Positions 1 through 7,720 of a DNA stretch of 64,000 nucleotides are shown here, piece after piece. The DNA lies in the NCBI GenBank assembly GCA_963822965.1, contig CAWGJT010000006.1, positions 608,001 through 672,000 on the forward strand. Direction: 5' to 3'. Numbering within the stretch: the first letter of the stretch is position 1; every line of letters begins with the position of its first letter. Under the pieces are notes generated by a model that saw only the letters and a program-made list of their open reading frames with translations, did no database searches and was not told the DNA's origin. A program made the position numbers and the translations under genes. Source of the stretch: an uncultured delta proteobacterium. GTDB lineage: Bacteria > Myxococcota_A > UBA9160 > UBA4427.

Positions 1-83
1 CGCCAGGTGCGGCTGGTGGCCCTCCGGCCTTCGTGCCAACATGCCGGACCGCATTCCAATCGCCAAGCCGAGGCACCAAGACC

Positions 84-1088
84 ATGAGCAAGACCGCCCT
101 CGTCACGGGGGTCACGGGACAAGACGGCTCCTACCTGGCCGAGCTGCTGCTCGAGAAGGGCTATCGCGTGGTGGGCATGGCGCGCCGATCCACCCACTAC
201 CGCCACCCGAACATCGAGCACCTGGTGGGCAGGATCGTCCTCGAGCACGGCGACCTGATCGACGCGGACTGCCTGGCGGGCATCCTCCAGCGCCACCAGC
301 CCGACGAGGTCTACAACCTCGCCGCCCAGTCGGTGCCCGCGGACAGCTGGAGCCAGCCCATCGTCACCGGCGAGGTGACGGCTCTCGGCGCCCTGCGCAT
401 GCTCGAGGCGGTTCGCCGCCACAAGCCCGACGCGCGCTTCTACCAGGCCACGAGCCGCGAGATCTTCGGGGGCGTGGAGCAGGAGGTGTGCGACGAGAAG
501 ACGCCCTTCAAGGCCAACAATCCCTACGGCGTCGCCAAGCTCTACGCACACCTCATGACGCTCACCTATCGCGAGTCCTTCGACCTGTTCGCGTGCGGGG
601 GCATCCTGTTCAACCACGAGAGCCCGCGGCGGAGCCTGCACTTCGTCACCCGCAAGGTGACGATGGCAGTGGCCTGCATCAAGCTCGGCGTGGCCGATCC
701 GCCGGTGAACGAGGCCGGCGAGCCCCTCGTCCAGAACGGCATCGTGAAGCTCGGAAACCTCGACGCCGTCCGCGACTGGGGACACGCCCGCGAATACGTG
801 GACGCCATGTGGCGCATGCTGCAGCAGGACAGCCCGCAGGACTACGTGATCGGTACGAACACCGCCTTCACGATCCGGGACCTGTGCCGCGTGGCCTTCG
901 AGCACGCGGGGCTCGACTGGCAGAAGCACGTCGAGAGCGACGAGCGCTTCATGCGTCCCACCGAGATCGCCGCCTCACGGGGCGACTACGCCAGGGCCCG
1001 GGCCGACCTCGGCTGGGAGCCGAAGGTGAGCTTCGAGGACCTGGTGCGGGAGATGGTGGACGCCGACCTGCAGCAGCTCTCCCGCTAG
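84..1088 (+). CDS. gmd: GDP-mannose 4,6-dehydratase (extended SDR)
   Basis: TGVTGQDGSYLAE NADP motif, YNLAAQS, PYGVAK (YxxxK), LFNHESPRR..FVTRK, LGNLDAVRDWGHA; start set at MSKTALV. Confidence 0.9.
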   Translation: MSKTALVTGVTGQDGSYLAELLLEKGYRVVGMARRSTHYRHPNIEHLVGRIVLEHGDLIDADCLAGILQRHQPDEVYNLAAQSVPADSWSQPIVTGEVTALGALRMLEAVRRHKPDARFYQATSREIFGGVEQEVCDEKTPFKANNPYGVAKLYAHLMTLTYRESFDLFACGGILFNHESPRRSLHFVTRKVTMAVACIKLGVADPPVNEAGEPLVQNGIVKLGNLDAVRDWGHAREYVDAMWRMLQQDSPQDYVIGTNTAFTIRDLCRVAFEHAGLDWQKHVESDERFMRPTEIAASRGDYARARADLGWEPKVSFEDLVREMVDADLQQLSR

Positions 1089-1174
1089 ACGCTCCGCGCG
1101 ACGGCACCCGGCGCGGACCCTCCCGCGCGGCGGAGCCACGCGCCGGCTCCGCCGCAGAAGAGGTCCCGTCGGCC

Positions 1175-1669
1175 CTACAGGGCCGCCAGAATCGAGTCCG
1201 CGTCGCTCACCTCGAACTTCATCGGCGCCTCGACGTTCAGCGTCTTGACGACGCCGTCCTCGACGACGGCCGCGAAGCGCTGGGCGCGGACGCCCATGCC
1301 GAACTTGCCGGCGTCGAAGTCGAGGCCGAGCGCCTTCGTGAAGGTGGCACTGCCGTCGGCCGCCATCAGCACGTCGTCGCCGGCCCCCTGGGCCTCGCCC
1401 CAGGCGCCCATCACGAATGCGTCGTTCACCGCCAGGCAGACGATCGTATCGACGCCCTTCGCCTTGATGTCCTTCGCCTTCTGCACGTAGCCGGGCAGGT
1501 GCTTGGCGGAGCAGACGGGCGTGAAGGCACCCGGCACCGCGAAGAGCACCACCTTCTTGCCCTTGAAGATCTCGTCCGTCGTCATGTCCTTGGGACCCTC
1601 GGACGTCGCAACCTTGAGGGTCGCCTCCGGAATCCGGTCTCCAACCTTGATCGCCATGGTGGGGGTCAT
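1175..1669 (-). CDS. Peroxiredoxin, Prx5/redoxin type
   Basis: VPGAFTPVCS peroxidatic motif, VNDAFVM, ADGSATF; true start may be MAIKV at 1657. Confidence 0.92.
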   Translation of the reverse strand: MTPTMAIKVGDRIPEATLKVATSEGPKDMTTDEIFKGKKVVLFAVPGAFTPVCSAKHLPGYVQKAKDIKAKGVDTIVCLAVNDAFVMGAWGEAQGAGDDVLMAADGSATFTKALGLDFDAGKFGMGVRAQRFAAVVEDGVVKTLNVEAPMKFEVSDADSILAAL

Positions 1670-1721
1670 CTCCCGATCTTGGGTTCCCGACTGCGTGATG
1701 CCGGGGTGGGGGGCAATCGCC

Positions 1722-2753
1722 TCAGCTCGGATCTGCGAGCTTGAGGAGCTGCTTGCCCAGGTTCTTGCCTTCGAAGAGCCGCTGGAAGGTCCTGGGGACG
1801 TTCTCGAAGCCCTCCTGGATGTCTTCGGCGTGCACCAGCTCGCCCGACGCGATCCACTTCGACAGGTCGTCGATCGCCTCGCGGGCGCGGCCGAGGTAGT
1901 CGAGCAGCAGGAAGCCCTGCATGGTGCAGCGTCGGATCACGAGCTGCATGTAGTTGCGCGGGCCGGGCGGCGGCTCCTTCTCGTTGTAGCCGCTGATTCC
2001 GCCGCAGAGCGCGATGCGGCCGCCGATCGACATGTTGACGAGCACGGCGTCGAGGATATCGCCTCCCACGTTGTCGAAGTAGACGTCGACGCCGTCGCCG
2101 CACTCCTCGCGCAGGCGCCGCCGTACGTCCTCGTGCTTGTAGTCGATGGCCGCGGTGAAGCGCGCCTGCTCGGTGAGCCAACGACACTTCTCCGCGCCGC
2201 CGGCGATGCCGATCACCCGGGAGGCCCCCTGGATGCGTGCGATCTGGCCGGCCACCGAGCCCGTGGCGCCCGCCGCACCCGAGACCACCACCACGTCCCC
2301 CGCCTTCGGGCGGCCCACCTCGAGCATGCCGAAGTAGGCGGTGAGGCCCGTGCCGCCGAGGGCGGAGAGCACGAGGTAGGGCTCCACGCCGGCAGGCACC
2401 CGGGAGACGCCCCCGAGTGCGCCGGGCACGCTGCCCGAGGAGCAGTACTCCTGCCAGCCGAACATGCCGTGCACGAGATCGCCTTCGGCGAAGCCCGGGT
2501 CGTTGGATCGCACCACCTGCCCCACCGCCGAGGCGCGCATGACCTCGCCGAGGGCGACCGGCGGCATGTAGCTCTTCTCGTCGTTCAGCCAGCCGCGCAT
2601 GGCCGGCTCGAAGGCGAGATACAGGTTGCGGATCAGCACCTCCCCGGGGCCGGGCTCCGGCAGCGGTGCCTCCACGAGCCGGAAGTCGCTGGGCTGCACC
2701 ATTCCCACGGGGCGCCTGGCCAGGCACCACTGTCGATTCGTCTGGTCCGCCAT
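1722..2753 (-). CDS. NADP-dependent oxidoreductase (prostaglandin reductase/CurA-like MDR)
   Basis: LARRPVG N-terminus, VSGAAGATGS, VYFDNVGG, CGGISGYN, GKNLGK C-terminus. Confidence 0.9.
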   Translation of the reverse strand: MADQTNRQWCLARRPVGMVQPSDFRLVEAPLPEPGPGEVLIRNLYLAFEPAMRGWLNDEKSYMPPVALGEVMRASAVGQVVRSNDPGFAEGDLVHGMFGWQEYCSSGSVPGALGGVSRVPAGVEPYLVLSALGGTGLTAYFGMLEVGRPKAGDVVVVSGAAGATGSVAGQIARIQGASRVIGIAGGAEKCRWLTEQARFTAAIDYKHEDVRRRLREECGDGVDVYFDNVGGDILDAVLVNMSIGGRIALCGGISGYNEKEPPPGPRNYMQLVIRRCTMQGFLLLDYLGRAREAIDDLSKWIASGELVHAEDIQEGFENVPRTFQRLFEGKNLGKQLLKLADPS

Positions 2754-2879
2754 CCCGTCGCCTCTCCTCGCCCCTGCACCGAGCGTCCGCCCGTGTGCTC
2801 CTTTCTACCTTCTTTATCTGGCGGCCGCCCGGCCCCGCGCTCGGCGGACCGCCGCAGCCCGGTCACAGCGCGCCGCCCC

Positions 2880-2963
2880 GGCTGCGCGGACCCGGCTCAC
2901 TCTGGCTGCGCGGACCCGGCTCACTCTGGCTGCGCGGACCCGGCTCACTCTGGCTGCGCGGAC
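2880..2963. repeat. 24-bp tandem repeat GGCTGCGCGGACCCGGCTCACTCT x3.5 spanning the stop codon of the FG-GAP gene
   Basis: Exact units at 2880, 2904, 2928 and a 12-bp partial at 2952. Confidence 0.95.
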
Positions 2964-4589
2964 AGAGTCGGACGCACCACGGTCCCGGGCAGGCGCCCCA
3001 GATTCACCAGCAGGCGAACGGGCTGGTTGTCGCGCCGGGTGTTGAAGAGCACGAGGTCCGTCAGGCCGTCCCGGTTCAAGTCGCCCGGACGGATCTGGCC
3101 CTCGGTGTCCAGCTCCTGGCGAGCGCTGCGATTGGAATAGCCGTGCTCGCGGCTGCCCACGAAGATCTCGAGCTTCGTTCCGTCCGCCGACATGATGAAG
3201 TCGCGGAATCCGTCGCCGTTGAAGTCGTACTCCACCGTCGGGATGAAGCCCTTGGGACGCGAGGTCTGGAAGTCGAGGGGTACGCCGATCTTCACGTCGA
3301 ACCACGCCCGGTCCTCGCGCGGCGTGGCCGGCACCTGCGCGGGCTTCTCCAGCCCGTAGACGGCGAGGTGCGCGTCGAGCGCCTCCGTCAGGAAGATCTC
3401 GATCAGCTCCAGGACGCTGATGGGCACCCCGATGCGCATCAGGTCGAGCCGACCGTCGCCGTCGATGTCGATGAGCTGGTCCGCACCCAGCACCTTCGCG
3501 GTCTCGAAGCCGTAGTCGGGGGCATCGAGCTTCCAGCCGCTCCCGCGGTTGAAGTAGATGTACGTGTCGAAGCTGGCGTTCATGACGCCGCCCTTCGTCT
3601 CGGACAGGATGAGGTCCGCGAGGCCGTCCCGGTCGATGTCCTGGGCGGCGGTACGCACGGTGCCCGACCCCCGGATGTGGTCTTCGAACGTGATGCGGTT
3701 CAGCGCGAGGGTCTGCGAGGGCTCCCGGTCGAAGCTGCCGTCGGGCTTCTGGAGGAAGATGTCGATCATGTGCCGCGTCGAGGACGCGACGTCGGCCCGG
3801 CCGTCCCCGTCGATGTCCCCCACGGAGATGCGGGGTGCGTCGACGAAGCTCTGGATGTCGCTCTCGGAGATCATCAGCGACGACGGCTGGAGGAAGAAGT
3901 TGGCGCGCACGCGGGTGTGCAGTCTGCGCATGCAGGGTGCCGTCCGGTGCCAGCAGGAAGGTCTCTCCCATCCCCGGAGCCACGAGCCAGGGCTCGGGGC
4001 CGAAGCCGAACTCGGCGATCGGAAGTCGATCGAGCCCGCGCTCGTCGCTCGCCACGCCGATCGTGAGATCTTCGGGGATCGACGCCTCGCGCAGATGCGC
4101 CTCCAGGCGGCCGTCCTCCGCACGTCCGAAGGCGACGATGCCGATGCCGCGCGGGCGCAGCAGCAGGAGCTCGACGCCCGGCGTGTCGTCGATCTGCGCG
4201 AGATCGTACGCCGCGCTGTCCTTGGGAACGGGCATCTCCAGATCGGGCTTGTTGGAGATCGTGCCGTCGTCGGCCTGGAGGAACACGCGCAGCAGGCGGC
4301 GCTCGCGCGGCGGCATGTCGAACGTGACCGCGTGCAGCAGGTCCTGCCGTCCGTCTCCGTCGAGATCGACGAGCTCGGCGGTCACGGTGCGCCCCCGGCT
4401 CTCGAGGGTCTGCACCGAGAAGGGATCCGCTGCCCGGGCTGCGGCTGGCAGGCCCAGCGCCAGCAGGGCGGCCGCGCAGTGGCATGCCAGGACGGCCGGG
4501 AGCCGGGTGCGATTCGAGCGGGGACGGCCACACGCGCGGGCGCTCGCGCCGTAGCCAGCGTGGCAGCAGGATCCGGGTCGGGTCCGCAC
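2945..4589 (-). CDS. Secreted FG-GAP/VCBS repeat protein, interrupted by a frameshift near 3925
   Basis: Signal peptide (AALLALGLPAAARA); DxDGDGxxD repeats in both the 4589 frame (DLDGDGRQD) and the 2945..4123 frame (DIDGDGRAD, DIDRDGLAD, DFNGDGFRD, DLNRDGLTD); removing one base near 3925 joins them. Confidence 0.8.
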
Positions 4590-4660
4590 GCGCGCATGCT
4601 AGCAGGCCGGCCCGGGATGGGTCTGCCTTCGCCGCAACCGGCTTGCTCGAACGAATCCGG

Positions 4661-5455
4661 TCAGCCGGCGGCGCTCGAAGGACCCCGGTGCCGGCGGTAG
4701 ATCATCCGAACCCACTCGGCGCCGGGGTGATCCACCCAGCGTGCGAGCCAGTGCTCGAGCACGGGCGCCCGGGGCTTGGGGCTCTCGACCGTCCCGGGCG
4801 GCTCGACGCACGGGAAGAGCAGCGAAGCGGCCGCGAGGTCGGCCACCGTGAAGACGTCCCCCACCAGGTAGTCCGAGTCGCCTCCCCCCGCGGCGACGAA
4901 GTCGAGGGCGCGTTCCGTGGTCTCGAGGGCCCGCTCCACGGCGGCGCGCGACAGGTCGAGATCGCGCCTCATCAGGAGCTGTACCGCCGGAAAGAACGCC
5001 CGGTAGGCGGCACGCGTGAGCACCCCGCGGTCGAAGGTGAAGTGGCTCGCGAAGTAGCCCGGATCGGCCATCATCTCCGCGAAGCGCGCGCGCCGCACCG
5101 CGGGCCCCACCTCGGCGTCCAGCCATCGTTGCAGCTCCAGGGCCCGCTCCCGCTCGACGGGAGACGCCGGGTAGAGGCTCGGTCCGGGGTGTTCCTTCTC
5201 CAGGTGATCGATGATGGCGGCGGAGCCAGCCACTACCCGACCGCAGCAGCGGAGCACGGGCACCTGCCCCTGGCCCGAGAGGCGGTTCATCTTGAGCCGG
5301 TGCGGCCCGGGCAGCAGGGCGTGCCGGACGTGGGGAACCTGCTTGCGGTCGAGCGCCCAACGGGCCTTCTCGTTGAAGTGCGAGAGCGGAAAGTGGAAGA
5401 GCTCCGTGGGCAGGGTCGCGGCGGGAGCGACGGCGGATGCGGGAGGCGAGGTCAC
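4661..5455 (-). CDS. Glutathione S-transferase family protein
   Basis: FPLSHFNEKARWALD, GQVPVL, GSAAIIDHL, YLVGDVFTVADLAAA. Confidence 0.88.
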   Translation of the reverse strand: MTSPPASAVAPAATLPTELFHFPLSHFNEKARWALDRKQVPHVRHALLPGPHRLKMNRLSGQGQVPVLRCCGRVVAGSAAIIDHLEKEHPGPSLYPASPVERERALELQRWLDAEVGPAVRRARFAEMMADPGYFASHFTFDRGVLTRAAYRAFFPAVQLLMRRDLDLSRAAVERALETTERALDFVAAGGGDSDYLVGDVFTVADLAAASLLFPCVEPPGTVESPKPRAPVLEHWLARWVDHPGAEWVRMIYRRHRGPSSAAG

Positions 5456-6258
5456 GGGCGCTCGTCCGCCTCGGAGCCGCCGGCCCGGCTCGGGCGAATC
5501 TCCGCCCCGGGCACGAAGCGCTGCCTCGCTTCCTCCAGACCTTCCAGGCTCCCGATGTCGAACCAGCCGCCGGGGATGCGCGCGGCGCGCACCTCGACCT
5601 GGTCCACCAGCCAGGCGATGAAGTGCCCGGGCGCGTCGGGATTGCCCCCCTCGGCGAGGTAGCGGCGAAGGGCGGCGGCCGCTGCCGCGGGCAGGAAGTA
5701 GAGGGCGATGGCCACGAGATCGGAGCGCGGGTCCCGGGGCTTCTCGCGAAAGCGCTCGACCCGTCCGGAATCGTCGACCATTACCTCATTGTACTGCGAG
5801 GGGCCGCGCGGGCGCTCCACCTCGCGCACCGCCAGCAAGGGCTTGCGATGTCCCGGAGCACCGGTCGCCAGGAAGGACCGCTGGAGCGGGCGCAGGTCGA
5901 AGGCGAGCAGGTTGTCGCCCGCCGCCACGAGCCAGTCCTCGCCGGCCGTCGGAACCTCCGACAACGCGAAGGCCAGATCGCCGATGGCGCCCAGCTTGTC
6001 GTCGTCGCTCGTCGAGCCGTCGTTCAGCACGCGCACGGGAACCGGGACGCGCTGCACGCCCTGCCACGCCTCGAACGCTCCGGCGAAGCGCGCGTTGGCG
6101 ACCACGATCACCTCGCTCACGTCGCGGAGCGTCAGCACGCGAGCCAGGATGTGGGTGAGGATGGGAGCACCCGCCACCTCGAGCAGGGGCTTCGCTCGGG
6201 TTCGCGTGAGCGGGTACATGCGCGTCGCGTAGCCCGCCGCCAGCAGGTAGACCTTCAC
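5452..6258 (-). CDS. Sugar-phosphate nucleotidyltransferase (NTP_transferase family)
   Basis: LLAAGYATRMYPLT..KPLL, AAGDNL, FREKP, WFDIG; GTG start overlaps the upstream stop (GTGA). Confidence 0.88.
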   Translation of the reverse strand: MKVYLLAAGYATRMYPLTRTRAKPLLEVAGAPILTHILARVLTLRDVSEVIVVANARFAGAFEAWQGVQRVPVPVRVLNDGSTSDDDKLGAIGDLAFALSEVPTAGEDWLVAAGDNLLAFDLRPLQRSFLATGAPGHRKPLLAVREVERPRGPSQYNEVMVDDSGRVERFREKPRDPRSDLVAIALYFLPAAAAAALRRYLAEGGNPDAPGHFIAWLVDQVEVRAARIPGGWFDIGSLEGLEEARQRFVPGAEIRPSRAGGSEADERP

Positions 6259-7337
6259 GCACGCCCTCCCCCGGCGACTGCGACCGCGCCCGGCTCGCCC
6301 GGCTCCACGCACTCGGCGATGCGTTCGACGGCGGGCGCCGGCGTCGGCCGCAGGAATTCGAAGCCCGCCTCCCGATAGCTCGCGGCCAGCCCTTCCAGCC
6401 GTGCCTCGGCGTCGCCCGGTCCCGGCGTCCCGACCACGGCCCCGCCGGACCCGCACAGCTTCGCCGCTGCCTCCTGGCCGGCGGCGATGGCCACCATGCG
6501 CCGATCCCGCTCGGCCACGTCGAAGATCGAGGTGCGCAGCTCGAAGTTGCGCCGCACGAGGTCGCGGAAGCCGCCCCGGTCTCCCGCCTGCAGGCAGGCG
6601 ACACCCGCGTCCACCAGCGCGCGCAGCTCGCCGATCACGCGCAGCACGTCCGGGTCGCCCGCCAGCCAGCGCGCGCGCAGGGTGCCGTGCGCACGTCCGG
6701 AGGACTCTCCTCCCCGGGGATCCCAGGCCAGGAAGAGCGGGGGCAGCACCGCGGGATCCAGACGCTCGTACGAGGCCGGCCCGCGCGGCTCGGCGAGATC
6801 CATCACCATCAAGCCGCCATGCGCCTGGATGACCCGGTCCATCGCCCCCGCCGCGATCCCCAGCTCGTCGAGCTCGGCCGCCAGGGCGACCTCGGCCAGG
6901 CGCGCCGGCTCGAGCTCCACCCCGAACCAACCGCACAGGACCCGGAGCGTCGCCGTGACGATGGCGCTCGAGCCCGCGAGCCCGACCTGACGCGGGACGT
7001 CCGTCTCGTAGCGCAGCGTGAAGCGCAGGCGCGGGTCGCCGTCGTGCAGGGCGGCGAACCCCGGCCAGGCGAGCGCAAAGCGGCGCAGCGCCGCCCGCAT
7101 CAGCCGCAGGCCGTCGTCACAGCCCGTCGCCGCGAACGCGTCGACGGCCTCCCGCGCCGACCCGAAGGCCATGCCGTCGCTGGCGCCGGGGATCAGCGCG
7201 AATCGCTCCGCCGGGGCGACGCCGACCCGCGCCCGGAAGTCCGCCACCGCCAGGGCAATGGCCTTCCCGCCATACCCGTCCGAGGGATTTCCGAGCAGCC
7301 CGGCCCGGGAGAAGGCTGTCGCAAGCAGAGGCTGCAT
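6255..7337 (-). CDS. GHMP-family sugar kinase, glucuronokinase-like
   Basis: RAGLLGNPSDGYGGK N-terminus, PRQVGLAGSSA ATP loop, GIAAGAMDRVIQ, KLCGSGGA C-terminal motif. Confidence 0.8.
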   Translation of the reverse strand: MQPLLATAFSRAGLLGNPSDGYGGKAIALAVADFRARVGVAPAERFALIPGASDGMAFGSAREAVDAFAATGCDDGLRLMRAALRRFALAWPGFAALHDGDPRLRFTLRYETDVPRQVGLAGSSAIVTATLRVLCGWFGVELEPARLAEVALAAELDELGIAAGAMDRVIQAHGGLMVMDLAEPRGPASYERLDPAVLPPLFLAWDPRGGESSGRAHGTLRARWLAGDPDVLRVIGELRALVDAGVACLQAGDRGGFRDLVRRNFELRTSIFDVAERDRRMVAIAAGQEAAAKLCGSGGAVVGTPGPGDAEARLEGLAASYREAGFEFLRPTPAPAVERIAECVEPGEPGAVAVAGGGRA

Positions 7338-7462
7338 GGCCAGGGAAGCTATCCAGCGCGGCGACTCCGCGCGAGGACGGACGCGCCTCGTCTCGCGCCC
7401 GGGTGCTGCTACGTTGATCGGCCCCGATCCGATGCCCGGGTCGGGCTCCCCCAGGAGACGAG

Positions 7463-7672
7463 ATGCCCGACCACATCTACAAGACCGTCGAGCTCACCGG
7501 TTCCTCGTCGGTGAGCACCGACGACGCGGTCCAGAAGGCGATCGCGCGCGCCTCGAAGACGCTCCACCAGCTCCGCTGGTTCGAGATCGGCCAGGTGCGC
7601 GGTCAGATCGAGGACGGTCGCGTCGCCCACTGGCAGGTGACGCTCAAGGTGGGCTTCACCCTCGAGGAGTGA
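7463..7672 (+). CDS. Dodecin (flavin-binding protein)
   Basis: 69 aa; [36 protein letters not shown]. Confidence 0.93.
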   Translation: MPDHIYKTVELTGSSSVSTDDAVQKAIARASKTLHQLRWFEIGQVRGQIEDGRVAHWQVTLKVGFTLEE

Positions 7673-7720
7673 GCGCCCGGCGGCTCCGACCGCGCGGCCA
7701 GTGCGGCTCCGACCGGGCGA

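Noticed and set aside
2880..2963. 24-bp repeats as a CRISPR array
   Set aside because: Units are contiguous with no spacers and there are no cas genes in the window.
7681..7715. 12-bp direct repeat CGGCTCCGACCG between convergent genes
   Set aside because: Only two short GC-rich copies; no evidence of function.
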